Below the pieces are notes generated by a model, which was not told the origin of the DNA, made no database searches, and was given only the letters and a program-made list of their open reading frames with translations. From assembly GCF_011620665.1 (NCBI RefSeq), contig NZ_WOYQ01000006.1, positions 4,168 through 68,167 on the forward strand: a stretch of 64,000 bases of DNA. The letters run 5' to 3'. Source of the DNA: Microbacterium sp. (GTDB lineage: Bacteria > Actinomycetota > Actinomycetes > Actinomycetales > Microbacteriaceae). The translations under genes were made by a program, and so were the position numbers. The stretch's first letter is position 1. Each line of letters opens with the position of its first letter. Shown in pieces: positions 1-11,394 of the stretch.

Positions 1-1
1 C

Positions 2-253
2 GTCGAGGAGGCACTCCACCGCGTGATGGCCGCGACGACGACGCTGGTCGTCGCGCACCGGCCGTCAACGGTCATGCTCGCCGATCGGGTCGCGCTGCTC
101 GAAGCCGGACGCATCTCGGCGGTCGGCACGCACAGCGAACTCCTCCGCACGAGCGAGCACTATCGCTACGTGATCTCGAGCCTTGAGAGTGGTCTTCGGC
201 GAGCGCAGGGTCAGACCCGGACCCAGACCCGGACCGAGGAGGTGGACCTGTGA
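2..253 (+). CDS. ABC exporter ATPase/permease, C-terminal fragment (5' truncated by window edge)
   Basis: Frame reads [23 protein letters not shown] (H-loop), ends TGA 253 overlapping next GTG; likely heterodimer partner of the next gene. Confidence 0.85.
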   Translation, partial: VEEALHRVMAATTTLVVAHRPSTVMLADRVALLEAGRISAVGTHSELLRTSEHYRYVISSLESGLRRAQGQTRTQTRTEEVDL

Positions 254-2064
254 GCACAACCGTCACCGGAACCAGCGGCGAAGACCGCTCCGACTACACG
301 CGTGATGAGTCCCGCGCGATACGACGCCGTTCGCTGCGCCTGCTCGGTTCGCTCGTCGAACCGCTGAGGCTCCAACTCGCGCTCGCCGGAATCGTGCTGG
401 TCGTCTCGACAGCGCTGCGGGTGGCCGGGCCGGCACTGATCGCCTACGGCATCAACTCGGCGCTCCCGCAGGTGATCGAGGACACGAACTGGATGCCGAC
501 GATCGCGGTCGTCGCGGTCTACCTCGTGTCCGGCATCGGCGGTGCGGCGCTCATCGGCTGGTACGCCGTCGTCGCCGCGCGCCTGACACAGGCCGTCATG
601 CTCGATCTCCGCACACGCATCTTCCTGCACACGCAGCGGCTCAGTCTGGAGTTCCACGAGTCGTACACGTCGGGCCGGATCATCTCGCGCCAGACGAGCG
701 ACCTCGACTCGATCCGCGAACTCCTCGACGGCGGTCTGAACGAGCTCGTGTCGGGCGTTCTCTACGGCGGTTTCACCCTGGTCGCGCTCCTGCTGATCGA
801 CTGGCGATCGGGGTTGGTCCTGGCTGCCGCCGGTGTGCCGCTGTATCTCCTGATGCGGTGGTTCTACCGCAACTCTCAGCGTGCGTACCGCGAATCGCGG
901 GTGATCAGCGCGAAGGTGATCGTCAAGTTCGTCGAGACGATGACCGGCATCCGCGCCGTGAAGGCGTTCCGCAAGGAGGAGCGCAACGACGACGAGTTCG
1001 GCGAGCTGTCCGGGCAGTACCGTGACGTGAATGTCCGCTCGCTGCGCCTGTTCGGCACGTTCGAGCCGGGAATGATGGTCGTCTCGGCGGTCGCGGTCGC
1101 GGGGGTGCTCCTCTGGGGCGGTTTGCGCGTGGGTTCCGGGACGCTGGCGATCGGCACCCTGCTGGCGGCCGTGCTGTACGTGCGCAACTTCTTCTCGCCG
1201 TTGCAGGATGTCGCGTTCTTCCTGAACTCGTATCAGTCCGCCACCGCTGCGCTCGAGAAGGTGTCGGGGGTGCTCGAGGAGCAACCCACGGTCGCCGACC
1301 CCACCCGCCCGGTGGACCTCTGGAACGCGCGCGGGCACGTCGAGTTCCGCGACGTCGTCTTCGGCTACGCGAGCGACCGGACGATCCTGCCGCGCTTCTC
1401 GCTCGACATCCCGGCGGGGCAGACGATCGCCCTGGTCGGGACGACGGGCGCGGGAAAGACGACGCTCGCGAAACTGGTGTCGCGGTTCTACGACCCGTCG
1501 AGCGGGGTGGTGACTCTCGACGGCGTCGACCTGCGGTCGCTGCACCCGAAGGATCTGCGCCGCGCGATCGTCATGGTCACGCAGGAGGCGTACCTGTTCA
1601 GCGGCACGGTCGCCGACAACATCGCACTCGGCAAGCCCGACGCGACGCTCGACGAGATCAAGGCCGCCGCCCGCGCAGTCGGGGCGGAGGGCTTCATCGA
1701 GAGGTTGCCGCAGAGCTACGCCACCGACGTGAACAAGCGTGGCGGCCGGGTCTCGGCGGGTCAGCGCCAGCTGATCTCGTTCGCGCGCGCGTTCCTGGCC
1801 GATCCCGCGGTGTTGATCCTCGACGAGGCGACCGCCTCGCTCGACATCCCGAGTGAGCGCCAGATCCAGCATGCCCTCCAGACGCTGCTCGCCGACCGGA
1901 CCGCGATCATCATCGCGCACCGCCTGTCGACGGTGGCGATCGCCGATCGCGTGCTCGTGATGGAGAAGGGCGAGATCATCGAGGACGGCGCCCCCGAGAC
2001 CCTGATCGCCGGCGCGGGCACGTTCGCGCGACTGCACTCGGCCTGGCAGGAATCGCTCGTCTGA
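250..2064 (+). CDS. ABC exporter, fused TMD-NBD (multidrug/MdlB-like)
   Basis: TM helices, Walker A GTTGAGKT, signature VSAGQRQ, Walker [15 protein letters not shown]. Confidence 0.95.
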   Translation: MSTTVTGTSGEDRSDYTRDESRAIRRRSLRLLGSLVEPLRLQLALAGIVLVVSTALRVAGPALIAYGINSALPQVIEDTNWMPTIAVVAVYLVSGIGGAALIGWYAVVAARLTQAVMLDLRTRIFLHTQRLSLEFHESYTSGRIISRQTSDLDSIRELLDGGLNELVSGVLYGGFTLVALLLIDWRSGLVLAAAGVPLYLLMRWFYRNSQRAYRESRVISAKVIVKFVETMTGIRAVKAFRKEERNDDEFGELSGQYRDVNVRSLRLFGTFEPGMMVVSAVAVAGVLLWGGLRVGSGTLAIGTLLAAVLYVRNFFSPLQDVAFFLNSYQSATAALEKVSGVLEEQPTVADPTRPVDLWNARGHVEFRDVVFGYASDRTILPRFSLDIPAGQTIALVGTTGAGKTTLAKLVSRFYDPSSGVVTLDGVDLRSLHPKDLRRAIVMVTQEAYLFSGTVADNIALGKPDATLDEIKAAARAVGAEGFIERLPQSYATDVNKRGGRVSAGQRQLISFARAFLADPAVLILDEATASLDIPSERQIQHALQTLLADRTAIIIAHRLSTVAIADRVLVMEKGEIIEDGAPETLIAGAGTFARLHSAWQESLV

Positions 2065-2074
2065 CGGTCATGCG

Positions 2075-2111
2075 GCCGACCCGTCGGCGGGGGAGGATGC
2101 CGGGGGTCGGC
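2075..2111. terminator. GC-rich hairpin between convergent genes, possible bidirectional terminator
   Basis: GCCGACCC (2075-2082) pairs with GGGTCGGC (2104-2111); no U tract. Confidence 0.4.
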
Positions 2112-2112
2112 G

Positions 2113-2565
2113 TTACAGGCGGATCTCGGCAACGACCTCGCCGAACTCGGTCTCACCGGTCGGAGTGAACCCCACGCGGCGGAAGAACGCTTCCGGGCCC
2201 TCTTTGCCGGCTTCGTAGATCACGTCGACATGGTCGATTCCGCGCGCGCGCGCCTCCGCAAGGAGCCCGTCGATGGCGAACCTGCCGACTCCGCGGCCCT
2301 GGTCGTCGGCGTCGACGTTGATACGCCACAGTACGGAACGGAAGTGCTCCTGGGGCGCTTCGGGATCGAAGTTCGCACTGACGAACCCGACGACCTCATC
2401 GCCGTCGAGCACGACGCGCTGCCACGCGGTCGTCGGATTGACGACGGCTCCGGCGACGGCGTAACTGATCGGGGCCAGAAACTGCTCCTGACCGGGTTTG
2501 AGGGACATCGTGTTCACCGCGACGATGGTCGCGGCGGACAGTTCCACGAGGCGCAACTCGGTCAT
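2113..2565 (-). CDS. GNAT N-acetyltransferase (spermidine/diamine acetyltransferase-like)
   Basis: QGRGVG acetyl-CoA motif, AFFRRVGF; TACCCT 6 nt before ATG suggests leaderless mRNA. Confidence 0.85.
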   Translation of the reverse strand: MTELRLVELSAATIVAVNTMSLKPGQEQFLAPISYAVAGAVVNPTTAWQRVVLDGDEVVGFVSANFDPEAPQEHFRSVLWRINVDADDQGRGVGRFAIDGLLAEARARGIDHVDVIYEAGKEGPEAFFRRVGFTPTGETEFGEVVAEIRL

Positions 2566-2652
2566 GACCCCAGGGTAGCGGTCGATTCGTACTTCGGTAC
2601 CCGCTGCGGCCGGGTTTACTCGACCGGTGGTGCCCGCGAGACGGCCGCGAGA

Positions 2653-2670
2653 TATCTCGATATCGAGATA
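2653..2670. promoter_or_regulatory. Perfect 18-bp palindromic operator upstream of icd (TamR-like MarR box)
   Basis: TATCTCGATATCGAGATA, AT-rich, overlapping the expected -35 of a TAGGCT -10 at 2687-2692; TamR assignment from memory. Confidence 0.65.
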
Positions 2671-2730
2671 CTTTCGGGCGGTGGGGTAGGCTGAATCGCG
2701 AACCGCGACGATCGAGCAGAGAGATCAGAC

Positions 2731-4947
<2,217 letters not shown>

Positions 4948-5026
4948 GGGTGACGTGGTGCGGCGCTTGTCCCACTTTCGGCTGGCTTCCACGGCGCTAG
5001 ACAACCAGAATCGGGACATGGTGGCC

Positions 5027-5094
5027 GAGCTGATCAACGCCGGCAGCTGATCAACGCCGGGAGCTGATCAACGCCGGGAGCTGATCGACGCCGG
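5027..5094. repeat. 4 x 17-bp tandem repeat (GAGCTGATCAACGCCGG)
   Basis: Units 5027-5043, 5044-5060 (C at pos 1), 5061-5077, 5078-5094 (one A>G); intergenic between convergent genes; no spacers. Confidence 0.95.
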
Positions 5095-5104
5095 GTTGCT
5101 CGAC

Positions 5105-6568
5105 TCAGTCGTGAATCCACACATCGGCGCCGGTGGGCGCCCAGTCGTAGATGCGCTTGGCCTGCGAGTTCGGCATGCCGACGCAGCCGTGGCTTCGCGG
5201 GTTGCCGAAGTCGTTGTGCCAGTAGACGCCGTGGAAGGCCTGGTCGCCGTTGTAGTACATGACCCACTGGACGTTCTCGACCTCGTAGTTCCAGTACGGG
5301 TTGTCCGGATCGGAACTGGTCATTGTCTGCGAAGTGATGTGGCTGTTGATCCGATAGTGTCCCGTGTGGGTGGGCGACTCGGCGATGCCGCTCGAGATCG
5401 GCCACGAATCGACGACCGCGCCATTCTCTTTGAGGTAGAGAACCTGTGCGCCGAGGTCGACCTCGAGAAGCCGCGCGAGCGTCGTCGTGGTCGCGGGCGT
5501 GATGCCGACGGGCAGCGTGTAGACGCCGTTCGCGGAGCTGAGCTGCGCCGCGAAGTCCGTCGCGATCGACGAGGTGTCACCGAGCACGCGTCCGTCTAGG
5601 CCGGCTTCACTCGTCGAGAGGACCGTGTTGTCGGAGTTGACGACCACCGTGCCGTTGACCGGGCTGCGATCCACGGCGGCGGGAAGTGTATCGACGACGG
5701 ACTGGATCTTCGCGGCATCCGCCGTGATGGAGAACGCGCCGGTCTCGTCGGGGGCGATCGTCAGCCAGTTCGCGGCGGTTGCGGCGTCGACCGGCACCGT
5801 ACGCTCGTCGCCGACGTAGAAGCCGATCGTCCCGAGCATCGCATTGGCAGTGTCCGCGGCGCCCTGCGCGGCGTCGGTGGTGGCCGCTGCGGGGACCACC
5901 GCGGGGTCGGTGGAGACGATGGAATCGGAGGATGCGCCGCCGAGCGCGCTGCCGAGCGCTGCGGTGACGGCGGTCAGGTCGATGCCGGCGCCATCGACGG
6001 CGGGCGTGACGGTGAACTGCCCATCCGAGAAGACCACGGCCGCGGGCGTCGGGTCGGTGTAGGCGGCCGGAAGCGCGTCTCGGAGCGCCTCAGCGGCCAT
6101 GGCCGGATCGACGGCGATCTCCACGTCGATGGGGTCACCGAACCACTGCGGCAGGTTCCAGAGCGGCCGCTCGGCGAAAGCGCCCCCGGCCAGGGCGGCG
6201 GCTTCGATGGTCGCGCCGAGCTCCGCACCGCTCAGCGCGGGTCCGTCCGCGCCGAGCACGACTGCCGTCTCGGCAAGACGCTGCTCTATCGCGTCCGTCG
6301 CTGCGCCCTCGGTGAGGAAGCCGACCGAAACGCCCCCGACGGACGTTCCGGGGGCGATGAGGACCATGGATGCTGCTGCCGCGCCACCGGCGACGACGAG
6401 GGCGGGGATGCCGATCCAGAGCCACCGCCGACGCTTCTTGGGTACGGCGGATCCGGCGGGCGTCCACTCGACGGGAGCGGATTCCTGTGGCGAGGGCCCC
6501 GACGGGGTGTCGGTCACCAGGGTCGGAGCGGTGTCGTCAGCCTCATTCTTGGTGGCCAGGTCAGTCAC
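5105..6568 (-). CDS. L,D-transpeptidase with N-terminal membrane anchor
   Basis: C-terminal FHGVYWHNDFGNPRSHGCVGM (HxxxxSHGC), EVDLGAQVLY; TM segment; GTG 6568 after GGGGAG RBS (track start 6739 is over-extended). Confidence 0.9.
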   Translation of the reverse strand: MTDLATKNEADDTAPTLVTDTPSGPSPQESAPVEWTPAGSAVPKKRRRWLWIGIPALVVAGGAAAASMVLIAPGTSVGGVSVGFLTEGAATDAIEQRLAETAVVLGADGPALSGAELGATIEAAALAGGAFAERPLWNLPQWFGDPIDVEIAVDPAMAAEALRDALPAAYTDPTPAAVVFSDGQFTVTPAVDGAGIDLTAVTAALGSALGGASSDSIVSTDPAVVPAAATTDAAQGAADTANAMLGTIGFYVGDERTVPVDAATAANWLTIAPDETGAFSITADAAKIQSVVDTLPAAVDRSPVNGTVVVNSDNTVLSTSEAGLDGRVLGDTSSIATDFAAQLSSANGVYTLPVGITPATTTTLARLLEVDLGAQVLYLKENGAVVDSWPISSGIAESPTHTGHYRINSHITSQTMTSSDPDNPYWNYEVENVQWVMYYNGDQAFHGVYWHNDFGNPRSHGCVGMPNSQAKRIYDWAPTGADVWIHD

Positions 6569-6591
6569 GTCTTCTCCCCGGATTGGCGCAT

Positions 6592-7995
6592 TCACGTCCC
6601 TCCATGGTACGGGACGGCCGACGATGGCGGGGGCGGGGCGAACACCTTCCCCGGGTTGAGGATGCCGGCCGGATCGAAGACCCGGGCGATCTGCCGCTGC
6701 AGCTGCCACTGGTCCTCTCCGAGCTCGACCTTCAGCCACCGGCGCTTGAGCACCCCGATGCCGTGCTCACCGGTGAGGGTTCCGCCCAGCCGGAGGGCGG
6801 CGCGGAAGAGATCATCGGCGGCCGCCCACACGGCATCCGGCACGTCTGGCCCGGTGAAGACGAAATTCGGATGCAGGTTTCCGTCGCCGGCGTGGCAGAC
6901 GGTCGGAATCGTGAGGGCGTACTCGCGCTCGATGCGGGCGATCTCGTCGAACATCGCCGGCAGCGCGCTGCGCGGGACCGACACGTCTTCGATGAGCGTC
7001 GTCCCGAGCGCTTCCATCGCGGGGTGCAGCGACCGGCGTACGCGCCACAGCTGCGCGGCGTCGGAGTCGTCCTCCGCGAGGCGAACCTCCCCGCCGCACG
7101 CGGCGAGGACAGCCGCGATCGCGCCGGCGTCGTCGGCGGCTGTGGGACCATCGGTCTGAACCGTCAGCTGGGCTTCCCCGCGGCTCGGGTCCGGGAGCGC
7201 GAGGTGGGCGTGCACCGCCGCGAGGGAGGCGGCATCCATCAGCTCCATGATCGCGGGCTGCCTGCCCGAGGCGGTCACTGCGGCGGCAGCATTCGCTGCG
7301 TCTCTGACTCCGGTGAACGTGGCGGTGAGCGTACGGGGTGCGCCGGGGACTCGACGGCGAAGCTTCAGCGTCGCACCGACGATGACCCCGAGTGTGCCTT
7401 CGGAGCCGATCATGAGTGCGGTGAGGTCGAGTCCCGTCACGCCCTTCACGCTCCGGTGCCCGAGGTGCAGCAGGCGCCCGTCCGCGAGGACGACGTCGAG
7501 GGCGAGCACCGCATCGCGGACGACCCCGTACTTGGCGCACAGAAGTCCGCCGGCGCCCGTGGCGATGTTGCCGCCGACGGTCGACACCTCGCGACTGGCG
7601 GGGTCCGGGGGCCACCACAATCCGTGCGGCGCGAGCCCGCGATCGAGGTCGGCGTTGAGGATGCCGGGTTCGACGACAGCGAGGAGATCCTCGGCCCGCA
7701 CCTCGAGGAGGCGGTTCATCGACCTCATCGACAGCGCGATCTCGCCTGCGCCCGCGTTCGCGCCACCGGCGAGCCCCGTCGCGGCACCGCGTGTGACGAC
7801 GGGCGTACCGGTCGCCGAGGCGGTCCGCAGCGTCTCCTGGACGTCGCGGACCGAGGTCGCGTGGACGATCGCGAGCGGTGTCCCCACGGCGGCGTGCCCC
7901 GATTTGTCGGCGCGGGCGGCTTCCCGCGATGCGGTGGAGGTGTCGACGCGGTCGCCCAGCGCTGCGCGCAGGAGTGCGACGACATCGGCGGTCAT
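6592..7995 (-). CDS. FAD-linked oxidase (GlcD/D-lactate dehydrogenase family)
   Basis: RGAATGLAGG, PPDPAS...TVGGNIATGAGG, HAGDGNLHP, GEHGIG; ATG 7995 overlaps upstream stop. Confidence 0.92.
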   Translation of the reverse strand: MTADVVALLRAALGDRVDTSTASREAARADKSGHAAVGTPLAIVHATSVRDVQETLRTASATGTPVVTRGAATGLAGGANAGAGEIALSMRSMNRLLEVRAEDLLAVVEPGILNADLDRGLAPHGLWWPPDPASREVSTVGGNIATGAGGLLCAKYGVVRDAVLALDVVLADGRLLHLGHRSVKGVTGLDLTALMIGSEGTLGVIVGATLKLRRRVPGAPRTLTATFTGVRDAANAAAAVTASGRQPAIMELMDAASLAAVHAHLALPDPSRGEAQLTVQTDGPTAADDAGAIAAVLAACGGEVRLAEDDSDAAQLWRVRRSLHPAMEALGTTLIEDVSVPRSALPAMFDEIARIEREYALTIPTVCHAGDGNLHPNFVFTGPDVPDAVWAAADDLFRAALRLGGTLTGEHGIGVLKRRWLKVELGEDQWQLQRQIARVFDPAGILNPGKVFAPPPPSSAVPYHGGT

Positions 7996-8387
7996 GCGAG
8001 GCGGCGGCGTCCCGTGATGAGGCCCGCGGCGACGGCGACGGCGGCGAATGCGAGACCGGCCCACGGTGATCCGCTGGTCCACCAGACGATCGTCGCAGAG
8101 GCGTAGACCAAGAGCTCGACGAGTGCCCGGATGAAGGGATGCACGACCACGACGGCGCGCGGAGAGACGAACAGCGCCCAGAGCAGGATCGCGATCACCG
8201 GCGCGCCGATGCCGACGACGATGTTCCACGGGAACGGCCATGCTGTGAAGCCCCAGACGGCGAGCGTGCCGATGGCGAACAGCTCGCAGAGAAGCGTCAC
8301 AGCGTCGACAGCATCGACGGACGGACGCATGCCCGCCGGAAGCGGCTCGGCCGGCATCTCGGGTCGGACGGGGGGAAGATCGGCCAT
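7992..8387 (-). CDS. Small membrane protein (YrdB/DUF2568-like)
   Basis: 4 hydrophobic segments, ELFAIG...LWALFVSPRA pattern; TAAACT 6 nt before ATG. Confidence 0.75.
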   Translation of the reverse strand: MADLPPVRPEMPAEPLPAGMRPSVDAVDAVTLLCELFAIGTLAVWGFTAWPFPWNIVVGIGAPVIAILLWALFVSPRAVVVVHPFIRALVELLVYASATIVWWTSGSPWAGLAFAAVAVAAGLITGRRRLA

Positions 8388-8461
8388 GCTCTCAGTTTAG
8401 GCGGCCGGCCGGGTGAAGGCTGGGCTCGGCGTTCCGGTCGGCTCGGCTCGCAGCGGACGGG

Positions 8462-8547
8462 TCACGAGAGGGCGAAGAACCTCCAGATGGTCTCGGTGGC
8501 GGTGATCGCCGAGCCGCCAGGACCGCACCTCGTCGCCCGCCGCTCAT
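8462..8547 (-). pseudogene. Possible internally deleted relic of a secreted esterase (PHB-depolymerase/LpqC-like)
   Basis: ATG overlapping the upstream stop (ATGA) gives MSGGRRGAVLA; another frame ends ...GGSAITATETIWRFFALS*; 86 bp, not a multiple of 3. Confidence 0.3.
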
Positions 8548-9125
8548 GGCGTCCTGGTTTCGTGGCGGAGGTGGATGCCGCGGTCCTGGAACGCCTGCTC
8601 GAGTTCGGCGAGTATGGCCTGCACGTCGGCGCCGTACCCGCCTGCCTCGGCGTTCTCGCGGATCTGCTGCCGGAGCTCCGGCCGATCCTCGGCAGGCGCG
8701 GCCTGGACCTCGGCGATGTCGGACCTCAACTCTGCAGGCAGGGCATCCAGGCGCTCGTCGATGCGGTGGGCGACGACCAGGGCGCGCCGCCCGTAGTCAC
8801 CGGCCTCGGCCTGTTCGATGATCTTCCGGAACAGCTCAGGTCGGTCCTCGGGGTCGGCCGCGGCGAGCCCTCGGAGGTCTTCCCGCAGCGCCGGCGGGAT
8901 CGCAAGGCGCCCGGGGGTGTCAGCGGTCACGGTCGCAGCGGGCTCCGCGCCGACGGCGCTGGTGACGGCCACCGTCCCGACGGCGCCGACCACGAGGCCG
9001 GCCGCTGCGACACCGGCGACGAGCCGGCGGGTGCGCCGCGCGAGCCGGTTCGTCGGCATGGCCGGCGCTGCGGTGCCGACCGTGGGGGTGGGATCGGGGG
9101 TCGGGGTCGAGTCGCTCTGGTTCAT
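8544..9125 (-). CDS. Secreted/anchored helical protein with two internal repeats
   Basis: GAGGAG-like RBS, ATG 9125; Arg-rich n-region and hydrophobic stretch; repeats IPPALREDL..DRPEL..AEAGDYG and LPAELRSDI..DRPEL..AEAGGYG. Confidence 0.8.
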   Translation of the reverse strand: MNQSDSTPTPDPTPTVGTAAPAMPTNRLARRTRRLVAGVAAAGLVVGAVGTVAVTSAVGAEPAATVTADTPGRLAIPPALREDLRGLAAADPEDRPELFRKIIEQAEAGDYGRRALVVAHRIDERLDALPAELRSDIAEVQAAPAEDRPELRQQIRENAEAGGYGADVQAILAELEQAFQDRGIHLRHETRTP

Positions 9126-9207
9126 GGTGGTCCTCCTCGGTGGTTCGCCGGTCACCGGCGGGTATGGGGTGTTGCCGCCGAGCGTACGAGGGGGATGTGC
9201 GGGGCCG

Positions 9208-9246
9208 ATTCGGCTCGTGTTCGGGAAATGTTCGGGCGCGTTCGGG
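9208..9246. promoter_or_regulatory. Phased direct repeats (GTTCGGG) in the divergent promoter, likely response-regulator boxes
   Basis: ATTCGGC 9208, GTTCGGG 9219, 9230, 9240: 11/11/10-bp spacing. Confidence 0.6.
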
Positions 9247-9285
9247 CGCCCCGGAGCGGAATCGTACCCGAATACCATTGCTCGC

Positions 9286-9966
9286 ATGGACGAGGCGCGC
9301 GGGCTGGTGATGGTGCTGGAGGACGAACCGCACATCGCCGAGCTCGAGCGCGAATACCTGCGAGCCGCCGGATACGGGGTGCACATCGAAAGCGACGGCC
9401 TGACGGCGCTGGCTTCCGTCGAGCGGCTGAGCCCGGTGCTGATCGTGCTGGATGTCGGCGTGCCCGGCATCGACGGGGTCGAGTTGTGCCGACGACTGCG
9501 GGCGCGGGGGGACTGGACTCCGGTGATGTTCGTCACCGCTCGCGACGACGAGGTCGACCGGGTCCTCGGGCTCGAGCTCGGTGGCGACGACTACCTCACC
9601 AAACCGTTCTCCCCCCGCGAGCTGGTCGCCCGGGTCGGCAGCATCCTGCGTCGCCATCACGGCCCACCCACCCTCGCCCCGCTGAGCCTCGGTCAGGTCG
9701 TGCTGCACCGGGACAGCCGCCGGGTCGAGGCGGACGGGCGTCCGGTGGAACTCACCCCGACCGAGTTCGACCTCCTCGCCGAACTCATCGGGAGCCCGGG
9801 GCGGGTGTTCAGCCGACCCCGGTTGCTGGCGTCGGTCTGGGGCCAGGCCGACTACGGACAGCAGCGCACTGTTGACGTGCACGTCGCCCAACTGCGCTCC
9901 AAGCTCGGCCAGGCCTGCCCGATCCGCACGGTGCACGGCATCGGCTACCGGGCCGATGACTCCTGA
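9286..9966 (+). CDS. OmpR/PhoB-family response regulator
   Basis: LEDEPHI, LIVLDVGVPG (phospho-Asp), DYLTKPFSPREL, winged helix RTVDVHVAQLR..TVHGIGY; TACCAT 7 nt before ATG. Confidence 0.95.
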   Translation: MDEARGLVMVLEDEPHIAELEREYLRAAGYGVHIESDGLTALASVERLSPVLIVLDVGVPGIDGVELCRRLRARGDWTPVMFVTARDDEVDRVLGLELGGDDYLTKPFSPRELVARVGSILRRHHGPPTLAPLSLGQVVLHRDSRRVEADGRPVELTPTEFDLLAELIGSPGRVFSRPRLLASVWGQADYGQQRTVDVHVAQLRSKLGQACPIRTVHGIGYRADDS

Positions 9967-11356
9967 TCCGGCCGATCCGCCTGCGAGCCGCGCTCGGGCA
10001 GGATGGGGCCTGCGCGCCCGCATCACCGCCCTCGTCGTCGCGGTCGCTGCGCTCGTCGCCCTGATCGGCGGCCTGCTCAGCGTCCAGTTCGTCAGGACAG
10101 CCCTCGAAGGCCAAGCCCGCGAGCAGCTCCGCACCAGTCTCACTGCCCTCGACGATCGTGGTGACCTTCTCGTCGGCGACGCGCTGGCTGACCTCGTCGG
10201 TGCAGGCATCCTCTGGGCGGTCGTGCCCGCCGACGGCAGTGTGCGCGGACCGGCGGCCCGCTACATCGATGAGGTGATGGCAGAGACGCTGCGCGGCGGG
10301 CATCCCGTCTCCGACACCGCACGCGTCTGGCGCGCCCCCGTCGTACTCGAAGGCGTTCCCGTCGGCGGCGGCGGACTTGTGCTGGCCACCGCCGAGGGGC
10401 AGATCAACACGGTGACCCGGCAACTGGTGTGGCGGATCGCCACGGCCCTCGCCATCGGGGTGCTCGTCGCCGCGACGGCCGGGGCGTGGTTCGCCAGGCA
10501 GCTCTCCGGCCCGCTCACCCGCACCGCGGCGGCCGCCGACCGCATCGCGCGCGGAGAGCGCGGAGTGACCGTCTCCTCGGGCGGCACGATCCCCGAGGTG
10601 GCGGCGGTCACCGACGCGCTCACCGCCCTCGACCGGAGCCTCGCGGCGAGCGAAGGTCGACAGCGGGAGTTTCTGCTGTCGATCTCTCACGAGCTGCGCA
10701 CCCCGCTCACCGCGATCCGCGGCTACGCCGAGGGACTCGCGGACGGCACCTTCCACGGGGATGCGGTCATCCGCGCCGGCGAGATCCTTCAAGCCGAGAC
10801 CGCGCGGCTGCACCGTTTCGTCGACGATCTGCTCGAGCTCGCCCGACTCGAGGCCGACGACTTCACGCTCGACATCCATCCGACGGCCCCCGCCGAACTG
10901 CTTCTCGCCGTACGCGATGCCTGGAGCGCGACCGCCGCGCGTCACACCATCGCCATCGAGGTGCGGTACGACGGCGCGTCCGGGGACCTCCGGGTCGACG
11001 TCGACGCGCGTCGGCTCCGCCAGATCGTCGACGGTGTTGTCGAGAACGCGCTTCGTGTCGCCCCCTCCGGCAGCACGCTCACCCTCGAACTGACCGGGGG
11101 TGCCGAGCCTGCCCTCTCGGTCCGCGACCGCGGCCCCGGACTCACCGATGAAGACCTCGCCCGCGCCTTCGATCGCGGCGTCCTCGCCGCACGCTACCGA
11201 GGCACCCGCCCCGTAGGATCGGGTCTCGGACTGAGCATCGGGCACCGGATGGCCGCCCGGCTCGGCCTCAGGATCGAAGCCGCCCGCCCGCCCTCGGGGC
11301 CGGGCACGATCATGACCATCTACCTGCCGCCTGCGGTGCGTGTCCGGCCAACGTGA
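9956..11356 (+). CDS. HAMP sensor histidine kinase
   Basis: Two TMs, HAMP, H-box ISHELRTPL, N-box VVENALR, G-boxes DRGPG and GSGLGL. Confidence 0.93.
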   Translation: MTPDPADPPASRARAGWGLRARITALVVAVAALVALIGGLLSVQFVRTALEGQAREQLRTSLTALDDRGDLLVGDALADLVGAGILWAVVPADGSVRGPAARYIDEVMAETLRGGHPVSDTARVWRAPVVLEGVPVGGGGLVLATAEGQINTVTRQLVWRIATALAIGVLVAATAGAWFARQLSGPLTRTAAAADRIARGERGVTVSSGGTIPEVAAVTDALTALDRSLAASEGRQREFLLSISHELRTPLTAIRGYAEGLADGTFHGDAVIRAGEILQAETARLHRFVDDLLELARLEADDFTLDIHPTAPAELLLAVRDAWSATAARHTIAIEVRYDGASGDLRVDVDARRLRQIVDGVVENALRVAPSGSTLTLELTGGAEPALSVRDRGPGLTDEDLARAFDRGVLAARYRGTRPVGSGLGLSIGHRMAARLGLRIEAARPPSGPGTIMTIYLPPAVRVRPT

Positions 11357-11394
11357 GTAGCGCTGGCGCTCCGCCGCAGCGGTAGCGTGAGCAC

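Noticed and set aside
212-235. In-frame 12-bp duplication (QTRT x2) at the ABC C-terminus
   Set aside because: Trivial duplication in a disordered tail.
211-2037. 608-aa antisense ORF (also 45657..47597, 21960..23405, 36722..38482, 38364..39968, 50927..52387, 53823..55151, 55389..57158)
   Set aside because: Shadow ORFs opposite well-supported genes; the scarcity of stops follows from high-GC codon bias; no domain motifs.
5027-5094. Repeat array as a possible CRISPR
   Set aside because: Units are contiguous with no unique spacers, 17 bp is too short, and there are no cas genes.
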